Shown piece after piece: positions 11,897 through 23,024 of a stretch of 36,098 nt of DNA; the stretch's first letter is position 1, and each line of letters opens with the position of its first letter. Both the position numbers and the translations under genes were made by a program. The notes below the pieces were generated by a model that did not search any database, was not told where the DNA came from, and saw nothing but the letters and a program-made list of their open reading frames with translations. Origin of the DNA: Octopus sinensis (taxonomy: Eukaryota). The stretch spans positions 1 to 36,098 of the forward strand of contig NW_021824853.1 in NCBI RefSeq assembly GCF_006345805.1, given 5' to 3'.

Positions 11897-11998
11897 ATAT
11901 ATATATATAAATGTTCAAGCGTGTATATATATATATTATATATATATATATATAAATGTTCAAGCGTGTATATATATATATATAAATGTTCAAGCGTG

Positions 11999-12031
<33 letters not shown>

Positions 12032-12322
12032 GTATATATATATAAATGTTCAAGCGTGTATATATATATATATATATATATATAAATGTTCAAGCGTGTA
12101 TATATATATATATATATTTATATATGTATATATATATAAATGTTCAAGCGTGTATATATATTATATATATATATATATTATATATAAATGTTCAAGCGTA
12201 TATATATATATATAAATGTTCAAGCGTATATATATATATATATATATATATAAATGTTCAAGCGTATATATATATATATATAAATGTTCAAGCGTATATA
12301 TATATATAAATGTTGAAGCGTG
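11897..12322. repeat. Array of 11 AAATGTTCAAGCG cores separated by variable (TA)n
   Basis: Cores at about 11909, 11954, 11984, 12044, 12084, 12138, 12186, 12214, 12252, 12282 and 12308. Confidence 0.95.
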
Positions 12323-12574
12323 TTCGGTGGGTGAAAAGTTAAAATGCTCTCGTTCACTCGCTCACACAGTCGCCTCGTTCGCTCGTCTTTCACACACTGA
12401 TAGCTTGTTTGCCTCTCAGCGTTAAACTTAGCCGTCCAAAGATCTCAAAAGTAGCTCAGCAGTCGCGCACGGATTTCCTCTTAATATTTCTTCCTCTCTT
12501 TTGCTCTTTCCATGTTTTCCTTCTGCCTATTGTTCTTAACTAGCACTCCTCTCTGTCTCTCTATCTGTCTGTCT

Positions 12575-13379
12575 GTCTGTCTTTCACTGTCAATCTCTGT
12601 CTATCTGTCTCTCACTGTCAATCTCTGTCTATCTATCTCTCACTGTCAATCTCTGTCTATCTGTCGCTCACTGTCAATCTCTGTCTATCTGTCTCTCACT
12701 GTCAATCTCTGTTTATCTGTCTCTCACTGTCAATCTCTGTCTATCTGTCTCTCACTGTCAATCTCTGTCTATCTGTCTCTCACTGTCAATCTCTGTCTAT
12801 CTGTCTTTCACTGTCAATCTCTGTCTATCTGTCTTTCACTGTCAATCTCTGTCTATCTGTCTCTCACTGTCAATCTCTGTCTATCTGTCTCTCACTGTCA
12901 ATCTCTGTCTATCTGTCTCTCACTGTCAATCTCTGTCTATCTGTCTCTCACTGTCAATCTCTGTCTGTCTGTCTTTCACTGTCAATCTCTGTCTATCTGT
13001 CTCTCACTGTCAATCTCTGTCTATCTGTCTCTCACTGTCAATCTCTGTCTATCTGTCTCTCACTGTCAATCTCTGTCTATCTGTCTCTCACTGTCAATCT
13101 CTGTCTATCTGTCTCTCACTGTCAATCTCTATCTATCTGTCTTTCACTGTCAATCTCTGTCTATCCGTCTCTCACTGTCAATCTCTGTCTATCCGTCTCT
13201 CACTGTCAATCTCTGTCTATCCGTCTCTCACTGTCAATCTCTGTCTATCCGTCTCTCACTGTCAATCTCTGTCTATCTGTCTTTCACTGTCAATCTCTGT
13301 CTATCTGTCTCTCACTGTCAATCTCTGTCTATCTGTCTCTCACTGTCTCTCACTGTCAATCTCTGTCTATCTGTCTTTC
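12575..13379. repeat. 28-bp CT-rich tandem satellite, about 28 copies
   Basis: Unit CTGTCAATCTCTGTCTATCTGTCTCTCA; explains the 28-aa periodic ORF 12512..13588. Confidence 0.97.
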
Positions 13380-14025
13380 GTTTTCTCTCTTCCCAGCTTA
13401 TTGCTTCCAACCACCCTTCTCGATCAATCAATCAATCAATCAATTTTCCCCTCTCTCTTTCTCTTTGTCACTCTTCTGTCTGTCTCTCTCCCTGTGTCTC
13501 TCTGTCTCCCGGTCTATATGCTCTCAACGGGCTCCTCTCTCCCTCGACTGTCAATCAACTTCGCTTCGTTTATCAGTGTATTTGCTAGCACACTCACATA
13601 CACTCACTCACACTCACTTCTTCACTCACTCACTCACTCACTCACTCTCTCTCATCCCTTCTTTCTCCTTCCTGCATGTCTTCCTCGCTGTCAGTCGCTT
13701 CTTTTTCGTCTTCTCTTCCTGGTTGCTGCAAACTGCTGCGGGAAATTAGCAAAAATAACAACGCGCATCATCATCATCATCATCATCATCATCGTCGTCA
13801 TCATCGCCAGCAGCAGCAGCAGCAGCTTTAATAGTAATTCTTAGGGCGACGGCGGTGAGAAATGAAGGATATCTAGCGTAGCTCACACCGCAGTAATTGA
13901 CTTTATTGTTTGCAGAAATAAAAAAAATAAAAAAGAAAGGAAGGAAGAAAGAATAACAATGCATTGGAAATAGAAGCGGGACAATGAAACGTATGCATGT
14001 GTATATAACACTCAAATTGCATTGC

Positions 14026-14063
<38 letters not shown>

Positions 14064-14084
14064 CAGAGAGAGAGAGTGCAAGTG

Positions 14085-14243
14085 GATGCATGGATAAATG
14101 GTGAAGTAGTTCGCTTCGTAGTCATAGAGTTCGATTCAGCTGTACTGCGCTGCACCTCGGCTAAGTGTCTTCTCCTATAGAACCGGACCGGCCGAAGTCT
14201 TCGTAAATAGTTGGTAGGCGGAAAGTGAAAGTAGCCCTTCGTG
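14085..14243 (+). mobile_element. SINE family A, old 5' half
   Basis: Degenerate match to the A head and core (GCACCTCGGCTAAGTGTCTTCT, TTGGTAGGCGGAAAGTGAAAG). Confidence 0.6.
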
Positions 14244-14298
<55 letters not shown>

Positions 14299-14300
<2 letters not shown>

Positions 14301-14458
14301 GCGCGGGAGTGGCTCTGTGGTAAGTAGCTTGCTTACGAACCACATGGTTCCAGGTTCAGTCCCCCTGCGTGGCACCTTGGGCAAGTGTCTTCTACTTTAG
14401 CCTCGGGCCGACCAAAGCCTTGAGTGGATTTGGTAGACGGAAACTAAAAGAATCCCGT

Positions 14459-14497
<39 letters not shown>

Positions 14498-14517
14498 TCT
14501 CCAAGTAAGTTTTTATT

Positions 14518-14548
<31 letters not shown>

Positions 14549-14740
14549 TTGTGCATCTGTCCCCCACCATCGCTTGACAACCGATGTTGGTGTGTTTACG
14601 TTCCCGTAACTTAGCGTTTCGGCAAAAGAGACCAATTGAATAAGTACTAGGCTTACAAAGAATAAAGTCCCGGGGTCGATTTGCTCGACTCAAAGGCGGT
14701 GCTCCAGCATGGCCGCAGTCGAATTGGCTGAAAGAAATAA
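14299..14740 (+). mobile_element. SINE family A, full-length
   Basis: Complete head, core, expanded internal (TA)n and tail. Confidence 0.92.
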
Positions 14741-15117
14741 CAGTAACACCGCAGCCTTTGGTACCGTGTGAAGGTAATTCTGTACAAAGATTGTGCAGAA
14801 ATGGTTCAAGTGCCTTTCCTGAAGACATCTGAAGCCACTTGGGAACATGTAGGTTCTTTGATCGTGTGAAGTCGAATACTCATAGCTGAAACCGATGAGA
14901 AAGAAAAGAAAAGCCAGTAAGGTGAGCATATATGTGGTCAAATAGTCTGCTAGAAATAGCAACTGAATCTCGCTCGAGTTACACCCTTCAGTTTTAGAAA
15001 AGGATGACGCCTCGTATTTATGTATGGGCTCCCGTTAAAATGACCGAATGTTCTCGAATTGCTTTTGTTTTGCTTTTTTTGTGTGTGTCAACTCCGTCAG
15101 GGCTGACCTGATTATCT

Positions 15118-15535
15118 TTCTGGTCAGTCATTAGACTGCGGCCATGCTGGGGCACCGCCTTGAAGAATTGTAGTCTAACGAATGGAACCCGGTAATTTTT
15201 TTTTTCTCTGGGCTGAGTACTTTTTCTACCGGTCTCCTTTTAGCTGAACCGCTAGGTTACGTAAACGTAAACAAACCAGCATCGGTTGTCAAGCGGTGAC
15301 AAGGGACAAAAACAAGTATAAAGACACGCAGATGTATATATGTATGCATGGATGCACGTACGTACGTATATAGATAGATTTGACAGGTTTCTTTCAGTTT
15401 CCGTCCACTAAATTCACAAACTTTGACGCGGGGCTATTGTAGAAGACATTTGCTTAAGATGCCACGCAGTGGGACTGAACCCGGAACCATGTGGTCGGGA
15501 AGGAAACTTTTTAACAAACAGACACGTCTGCGCCT
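15118..15535 (-). mobile_element. SINE family A
   Basis: Reverse complement of the A tail (CAGTCATTAGACTGCGGCCATGCTG) through to the head (TGCGCCT). Confidence 0.88.
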
Positions 15536-15623
15536 GACCAGAAAGAGGACGACTCACTTGTGATCCATTTTTGTGTGTGGTGTAAATGAGTATGGTTATA
15601 TATGTATATGTATATATATATGT

Positions 15624-15850
15624 GGAGGCGCAATGGCCCAGTGGTTAGGGCAGCGGGCTCGTGGTCGTAGGATCGCGGTTTCGATTCCCAGACCGCGCGT
15701 TATGAGTGGTGATCCCTGCTGTACTCTTTCACCATAACTTTCTCTCTCTCTTTCTTCTGTTGGCCTGCTCGCTTAGCCAGCGGGGTGGCGTCATTGAAGG
15801 CTAAAACAATGCGAAGCGCATTGTGACCAGCGATGTGGTCGGTCACGTGA
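15624..15850 (+). mobile_element. SINE family C (tRNA-headed), internally deleted, alternative tail
   Basis: A-box TGGCCCAGTGG, B-box GGTTTCGATTCC; head homologous to 15966-16279, 19222-19491 and 23574-23858. Confidence 0.82.
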
Positions 15851-15965
15851 TCACGTGATATATATACACACACAAACATATATACACATATATACACACA
15901 CAAACATATACACATACTCACGCCCACAAACATACATACATACACATTTATTTATTTTATTTATG

Positions 15966-16279
15966 CGCCCTTTTCAAGGCTAGTCAGGCTCATGGGCCCG
16001 GTTTCCCGATTTCGATGGCGTATGTGTTCCCCCCGACCGGACGGGACGCCAGTCCATCGTAGCGTTACTCAAGAAAGAGTGAGGAAGAAACAGTGAGAGA
16101 AAGTTGGGGCGAAAGAGTACAACAAGAGTACAAAGAGTACCACCCCTGCCGGGGCCTCGTGGAGCTTTTAGGTTTTTTTTCGCTCAATAAACACAGACAA
16201 CGCTCGGTCTGGGAATCGAAACCGTGATCCTCCGACCGCGAGTCCGCTGCCCGAACCACTGGGCCATTATGCCTCCACC
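15966..16279 (-). mobile_element. SINE family C, full-length
   Basis: tRNA head at the 16279 end. Central GATGGACTGGCGTCCCGTCC resembles the V-SINE domain (from memory). Confidence 0.88.
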
Positions 16280-16639
16280 ATACACATACATACATACATA
16301 CATACTGAAATTCCAATGAAGGAACCTTGTATCTAAGTTAGAAACCGATTCTTTCTCTATTGGCAAGAAATCTTGAAATAAGCCGAATAATGACACACAA
16401 GCGTACCAGAAAGAGAAATCAGCCAACTGATTCGCACATTACAAATACAGTCTGTAAGAGGAACAATAAAGATATGCAAGACTTTTCTTAAGTTTAAAAT
16501 ATGACATAGCTTTCGTTATCTGCATTCCAACGATGGAGCTTTGTATCTTCATTAGAAACACCAACTCTTTCCTCAGAGAAAGAATTTAAATTATGAAAAC
16601 AACAGAATATAAATACCACACCATCTCCTAGGCCAGCTG

Positions 16640-16830
16640 CAAATTACGGCTGTCGTATTGACCTTTTGCGCTCCCTTGCTTTGTCATATTAAAGATGATT
16701 AAAGATGCACTGGCTCCTTGACTCTAAAGTGGCCTTTAAATCTTACTCATGACCTGCCGGTTCTATAGATTTCGTAGGTACAAGGCGCTACCACGTGCCG
16801 AGCCATCTTAATAGTATTGTAGCTCCACCC
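16640..16830 (-). pseudogene. Possible RTE-like LINE C-terminal fragment
   Basis: Minus strand 16812-16787 reads LRWLG(H)VV with one frameshift, followed by GRS*VRFKG (compare LRWLGHVVRM..GRPKLRFKD). Confidence 0.4.
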
Positions 16831-16864
16831 CTATCCCAAACAAAGCTAGATATGAGCGGTTGCC

Positions 16865-17098
16865 GGTGAGCTGGCAGAAACGTTAGCGCGCCGGAAGAAA
16901 TGCTAAGCGGTATTTCGTCTGCCGTTACGTTCTGAGTTCAAATTCCGCCGAGGTTGACTTTGCCTTTCATCCTTTCGGGGTCGATAAATTAAGTACCAGT
17001 TACGCACTGGGGTCGATGCAATCAACTTAGTCCCTTTGTCTGCCCTTGTTTGTCCCCTCTGTGTTTGGCCCCTTGTGGGTAGTAAAGAAATGGGTATT
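16865..17098 (+). mobile_element. SINE family B, full-length monomer
   Basis: GGTGAGCTGGCAGAAACGTTAGC head to GGGTAGTAAAGAAATGGGTAT tail. Confidence 0.92.
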
Positions 17099-17126
17099 TA
17101 CCAGGAAACCCAGCATTGTTATAAAG

Positions 17127-17423
17127 CAGTGGTTCTGAACTTTTGTTTGCCTATTGATCCCTGTCAGTCCTTTATTACATAGACGGTCCTTCATAGCCAT
17201 TTGATGCTTAAAAGATCCTATTAAATTTTTGTAACTCTTTTACATTTGACTGTGGCCATGCTGGATCGAGCAAATCGATCCCAGGACTTATTCTTTGTAA
17301 GCCTAGTACTTATTCTATCGGTCTCTTTTGCCGAACCGTTAAGTTTCGGGGATGTAAACACACCAGCATCTGTTGTCAAGCGATGTTGGGGGGAAAAACA
17401 CTGACACCCAAATACACACACAA

Positions 17424-17454
<31 letters not shown>

Positions 17455-17874
17455 CATACATACATATATACGACGGGTTTCTTTTGCCGAACCGCTAAGT
17501 TTCGGGGATGTAAACACACCAGCATCTGTTGTCAAGCGATGTTGGGGGGGGGGAAACACAGACAACCAAATACACACACAAACACACACACACATATATA
17601 TATACATACATACATATATACGACGGGCTTCTTTCAGTTTCGGCCCGAGGCTATAGTAGAAAACACTTGTCCAAAGTGCCCCGCAGTGGGACTGAATCCG
17701 AAACCATGTGGTTCGTAAGCAAGCTACTTACCTGTAATGAAATATTGCTAGGAATTGTATGAAAAAATTATTAGAGATATTTTGTGTATTTCAGAAGTAT
17801 AACTAGTTTATTGCACATAAGTTTTAACAACAAACCCTTATATGGATCATATAGACCTCGGTTGAGGACCACTG
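17127..17874. mobile_element. hAT/Charlie-like MITE interrupted by SINE A
   Basis: TIRs CAGTGGTTCTGAAC / GGTTGAGGACCACTG; flanks TTATAAAG / ATTTAAAG. Shares CATAGCCATTTGATG.TTAAAA with the MITE at 5006. Confidence 0.72.
17236..17732 (-). mobile_element. SINE family A with internal tandem duplication
   Basis: Segment TCTTTTGCCGAACC...CGACGGG occurs twice (about 17314-17479 and 17480-17630). Confidence 0.9.
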
Positions 17875-18003
17875 ATTTAAAGTAAGAATAGTATATGTTA
17901 CTAAATTTTAGAAAAAGCTCATTCGTACATTATTGGGAGTTAAAGTGGCTCGTTTTGGTCTTCGTCACTGTTTACAATCATCTTTAAATAAATTCTTTTC
18001 TAT

Positions 18004-18167
18004 AGGCGCAGGAGTGGTTGTGTGGTAAATAGCTTGCTTACCAACCACATGGTTCCGGGTTCAGTCCCACTGCGTGGCATTTTGGGCAAGTGCCTTCTAC
18101 TATAGCTCCGGGCCGACCAATGCCTTGTGAGTGGATTTGGTAGACGGAAACTGAAAGAAGCCTGTCG

Positions 18168-18202
<35 letters not shown>

Positions 18203-18398
18203 CTGTGTTTGTCCCCCTAGCATTGCTTGACAACCGATGCTGGTGTGTTTATGTCCCCGTCACTTAGCGGTTCGGCAAAAGAGACCGATGGAATGAATAC
18301 TGGGCTTACAAAGAATAAGTCCTGGGGTCGATTTGCTCGACTAAAAGGCGGTGCTCCAGCATGGCCGCAGTCAAATGACTGAAACGAGTAAAAGAGTA
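18004..18398 (+). mobile_element. SINE family A, young full-length copy
   Basis: Near-identical in reverse complement to 28661-29060. Confidence 0.94.
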
Positions 18399-18970
18399 AT
18401 GTATCCTATAGATGTAATTCTTGACGCTGAATCCGAATTTGTTATTCATTTATTCTAGAAAATTCTTGCAAAAATGTTACAGATGTTCAAAGTTTGATAA
18501 TTTTCACTAAATCACTGCCTTTTCCTTCATCAGGGGTCTGCATGTCAAAACATTAAACTAGGATTTTATAAAATAAATTATCTTTCTCGTATCCCCTTCT
18601 CCTCCTCCTTTGGTTACTATGGAAGCAGTTCTTCGCAATCAGCTATGCAACACGTGGTGCTTCTTTGCTTTGGTTACTATTGAAATAGAAATTTTCGCCA
18701 CGGTGATAAGTAAAATACTCGCTTCTGATTGGCTAAAATACCCACAGTTTGCAAATTTTAAAAGCTAATAACGTTTTTATTATGGATTTATAGGAAAAAT
18801 TAATTTCATTTTCATAATTAGTATACAAATCCATATACCAAGTTTGAAAACAATTGGAATAAAATTGTAAAAAAGTCATGAAAACCATAAAGATCTGTTA
18901 AAGAAGTTTCAAATATGTAGATGAAAACAGACTTCTACATTCAGTGAGCTATATTTTTATGAATGATACC

Positions 18971-19190
18971 TATTTCTTTACTACCCACATGGGGCTAAAC
19001 ACAGAGCGGACAAACAAGGACATTAAGTCGATTATATCGACCCAGTGCGTAGCTGGTACTTAATTTATCGACCCCGAAAGGATGGAAGGCAAAGTCGACC
19101 TCGGCGGAATTTGAACTCAGAACGCAGCGGCGGACGAAATCCCGCAAAGCATTTCGCCCGGCGTGCTAACGTTTCTGCCAGCTCGCCGCC
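18971..19190 (-). mobile_element. SINE family B monomer with 17-bp TSD
   Basis: Perfect TSD TTTTTATGAATGATACC at 18954-18970 and 19191-19207. Confidence 0.94.
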
Positions 19191-19221
19191 TTTTTATGAA
19201 TGATACCGGGAGACTCGTAAA

Positions 19222-19491
19222 CGTCGCTCTTTTCAAGCCTATCCAGGTTCATGGGCCCAGTTTCCCGGTTTCTGTAGCGTTTGTGTTCCCCCCAGAAACA
19301 GGAAAGAGAGAGTGAGAGAAAGTTGTGGTGAAAGAGTACGACAGGGGTCGCCACCACACCCTGCCGGAGCCTCGTGGAGCTTTCAGGTGTTTTCGCTCAA
19401 TAAACACATACAACGCCCGGTCTGGGAATCGAAACCGTGATCCTCCGACCACGAGTCCGCTGCCCTAACCACTGGGCAATTGCGCCTTCAC
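19222..19491 (-). mobile_element. SINE family C
   Basis: Homologous to 15966-16279. Confidence 0.88.
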
Positions 19492-19987
19492 ATCCACTTG
19501 GCTAAAAATACCAGTGAATACACATTTGGGATGCTGCTGCCCCCCCCCACTCCACATAAACGCATATACATCCTGGGCAGCATCCAAAAGAACGTCACCT
19601 AAACTGATTGGCAATAATTCAATCAACAACACACTACAACGTGTTGCAGATCTTATCTTTTTCGTTCGCAGTGTTTGATTTTGTCTGAATCTTCTGTTTC
19701 TACATTTTTGTAGTTTTGAGCTATTTACGAAAAATCATTAATTTAATTTCACTTTTTTTTTTACGAACCTTAATAATAAAACGTTTCAAACCTAAAAGGT
19801 TTGAAAAAATTTGTTAATCTCAGCCAATCGGATGCCTCCGTTATTCGACATGCCGGAAGTCACACTCGTCATCTATTTCCATAGCATCAGCAGTTGTCTC
19901 TTGTTTCAACTAGTGCAAGCCACGCTTTTTTTCAATAACAAATCATTATATCGTAAGCGTGGAAGCAGTGAACCTAGGAACATATTA

Positions 19988-20467
19988 CCGTAAATCCTCG
20001 AGTATTGTTCGCCCTTGAGTATTATACGCAGGGGATTTTTAGGGGGCTGTACCTCTGAAAAACCGAAACCTTGTGTATAATACGCACCCCTTCTCTAACT
20101 TGAGTCAAGGAGGTCTATATAACGTCCTTGGTTTGTAAAAATGTATACAGTAACGTCCTTTATTATTATTGTATATATAACATAATGCAAACGTGTAGCT
20201 TTTTTGTGCATTTTGTTTGCAGAAAATAAAGAAATAACAGTAATAACGTTTAATAAATGTTGCTAACTGCAAGTTATGGATGATTTAAGGTATTTTCGCG
20301 TCCGACATCACAAAATGTGTCTGAATAAACATTGCCGGACAGCAAATAGAGACTCGGGCATTGCTTAAAAAATAATTTTCATTTTTAACCTCGTATATAG
20401 TACGCACTAGGGATTTTGACCTTTAAATTTTAGGAAAAAAGTGCGGATTATACTCGAGGATTTACGG
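19988..20467. mobile_element. Tc1/mariner-superfamily MITE, 480 bp
   Basis: Perfect 18-bp TIR CCGTAAATCCTCGAGTAT; TA TSD at 19986-19987 and 20468-20469. Confidence 0.9.
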
Positions 20468-20519
20468 TACATCAAAATAGAAAGTCTTGAATCAAATTGA
20501 ATACTACAAACGGAAAGGA

Positions 20520-20790
20520 TAAAATCCTTTGGCGCTAGCATTTTACTGCTGCCTGTCTCCTCTCTTAGGTTATTTGATCCCTTCTGTAACAGCCTTTGCT
20601 CCTAGCTAGTTTCATACCACTTCCACCCAGGCCCACCCCAACAACATACCACTTTATATCCGTACAATGGTCCGTTCCTACTTACGCTATACTCCATATG
20701 ATCACAACGTCAAATTCTCCCCAACAACGCGTCTTCTATGGAATATTCTAACTAAGCACCAAATGTATCAATATCGCTCCAGGCTCGAAG
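20520..20790 (+). pseudogene. Possible CR1/Jockey-like LINE C-terminal fragment
   Basis: Reads LCS..LASFIPLP and HNVKFSPTTRLLWNIL, resembling CR1-type (C)SSELA.L.P and SFFPRT..LWN.LP motifs. Confidence 0.33.
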
Positions 20791-20968
20791 ATCCTATGAA
20801 AATTTCGAGCTCTATATTCCACCCCTGATAACTGACAAAACCCAGACAACTTACAAAAATTTTAATGTTCCAACTTCAGTTTAGCAATCAAAAATAGCTT
20901 AGGAAATACTTTAGATCACGTTCTCACTTTCTTTTACATTAAAAGAATATTGTTGTTTATTATGATAA

Positions 20969-21362
20969 CTAGCAGTATCGCCCGGCGTTGCTCGGGTTTG
21001 TTTCGACCCTTTAGAATTGGAATTTTTCAAAAGTAAAAATTTTGCATTATGTAGCTTGTTGTTCTCTTTAAGTGAACATTTTTCTGGTTGAAATACACCG
21101 AAAAATGGCGACACGGCAGTCAAAAAATCGTAAAAAAATAGGGATTTTCATAGAAAAAAAAGCACCTTTTTGATGTAAATAATTTTTGGTGTTAACATGG
21201 TCCGATTTGAATTTTTTCTTCTACGGAAGGAAGAGCAAGCCTTCTTCTATCATACTCTCAATTTTGGTCAACTTGCGCCGCAGGGTCTCGGAGGAGATAG
21301 TGTTAGTTGAAGGCTACCAAACCTACCATACACAGACAACTTCAGCTTTATATAGAGAGAGA
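20969..21362 (-). mobile_element. Non-autonomous Helitron, body type 1 (copy 2)
   Basis: Minus strand 5' TC, 3' CTAG, hairpin CCCGAGCAACGCCGGG 8 nt before CTAG, A|T insertion site, no TSD. Confidence 0.88.
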
Positions 21363-22239
21363 TAATGAAAATTACTATCATCAGTCAGGAGACGGGTTTT
21401 GGGGATCCATTTATATCATGTTCCTGACAAATAAAATTGGTTAAATCTTCTCTGCGAGTTTCCATTAACTTACAGTAAGAACCCCGTGGGTTGAAAACAT
21501 GTAAAGGAGATGAAATCAAAATACGTTGTCGTCGTCGTTGCTATTGTTATTATTATTATTATTTTGGTGTGCCTGAATCAGAATTTGCATGCAAAGGCTG
21601 CGATGAGAGGTGTCAACCGCCTCGACAGACCCCGTACAGAATGAAGGCAACAGGAAACGCTTCCAGTGTGTCATTCATTCTTCATCACATTAAATCATCG
21701 TTGATTTCACGATACACGTTTTATATACACTCTCTCTCACACACACATATACACACACACAGATCTCGACACGTATTTACTATACTAATATATACTGACG
21801 CACGCCTTTCTTCAGTCACGCAAATACTTACATATGCACTAAAAAATACATTTTTCTTTAGAAGAGAAAAGTGGAGATTGATAGATAGATAGATATGTAG
21901 ACAGATATATAGTGTGAGAGAAAAGAGATAGATAGATAGATAGAGAGGGGGGCAAGATTAAGATGTAGTTGAAGGGTGGGGTGGAGGGAAGGAAACAGAA
22001 AAGGGATTATAAAATAAGTATAAAGATCTGACATATTTTTGACTTTTCAAAAAATATGGCGGGTTTCATGACATGAAGAGATTTCTATATAGATATGCAT
22101 GTATGAACGCACGTAATATGTGTGTATGTGTATATATATATGCATGTGAGTGTGTGGTGTATATGCGCATATGCCTATGCATGTATATATACATGTAGAT
22201 GTAGGTACGTACATATATGTTTGTATGTATGCATATATT

Positions 22240-22355
22240 TTATCTATTACACTATATATATATATACACGCATATATATACACACACATCTCTCTATACA
22301 TATATATAACTATGTATATATATACACACGCGTCTCTATACATATATATAACTAC

Positions 22356-22388
<33 letters not shown>

Positions 22389-22654
22389 TCTCTATACATA
22401 TATATAACTACATATATATATATATACACGCATATATACACACACGTCTCTATACATATATATAACTACATATATATATATATATATACGCATATATACA
22501 CACACGTCTTTATACATATATATAAGTACATATATATATATATATACGCATATATACACACACACGTATCTATACATATATATATATATACGCATATATA
22601 CACACACACGTCTCTATACATATGTATATATATAACTATGTATATGTATATATA
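22240..22654. repeat. Minisatellite of about 7 units of 45-60 bp
   Basis: Recurring ACACGTCTCTATACATATATATAACTA separated by (TA)n/CGCATA. Confidence 0.85.
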
Positions 22655-23024
22655 TCTCTCTATATATAAACGGCAGTTTGTCTGTGTGTGTTTCTGTGTG
22701 TCTGTCACGTTGTACCCTCACCCTGACCACGGCTTTTAACCGATTCTGATGGAACTTGACACACACATAGCCCAATGTCATAATTCAAAACTAACGCAGC
22801 GAAAATTTTGAAAAGTTCCCCCAGTTCTGAAAAAAATCGATAAATTCGACATGGGGTCGAGAATCAGAAACACAAGCCACAGACTGTCTAGGAGACGCAA
22901 CTCGACCTTTTTAACTAAAACAAATTTACCATCATTTTTCTTCCATTTTTTGGCTATAACTCTATAAAAATGCTTTATAGTTATTTCCCTTACAAACCCG
23001 AGCAACGCCGGGCGATACTGCTAG
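22655..23024 (+). mobile_element. Non-autonomous Helitron, body type 2
   Basis: A|TCTCTCTATATATAAA start; ends ACAAACCCGAGCAACGCCGGGCGATACTGCTAG|T, identical to the 3' end of the 20969 copy; unrelated interior. Confidence 0.88.

Noticed and set aside
11897-12322. CRISPR-like repeat-spacer pattern
   Set aside because: The spacers are only (TA)n and the core is 13 bp.
12512-13588. 358-aa ORF
   Set aside because: Translation of the 28-bp satellite.
15624-15700. tRNA genes at SINE heads (also 16200-16279, 23574-23650, 29890-29966)
   Set aside because: A and B boxes are present, but the sequences continue into repeat bodies and lack a complete cloverleaf.
18410-18920. Possible DNA-transposon relic (GACGCTGAATCCGAAT, CCAAGTTTGAAAACAATTGG)
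   Set aside because: No TIR pair, TSD or second copy in the window to support a call.
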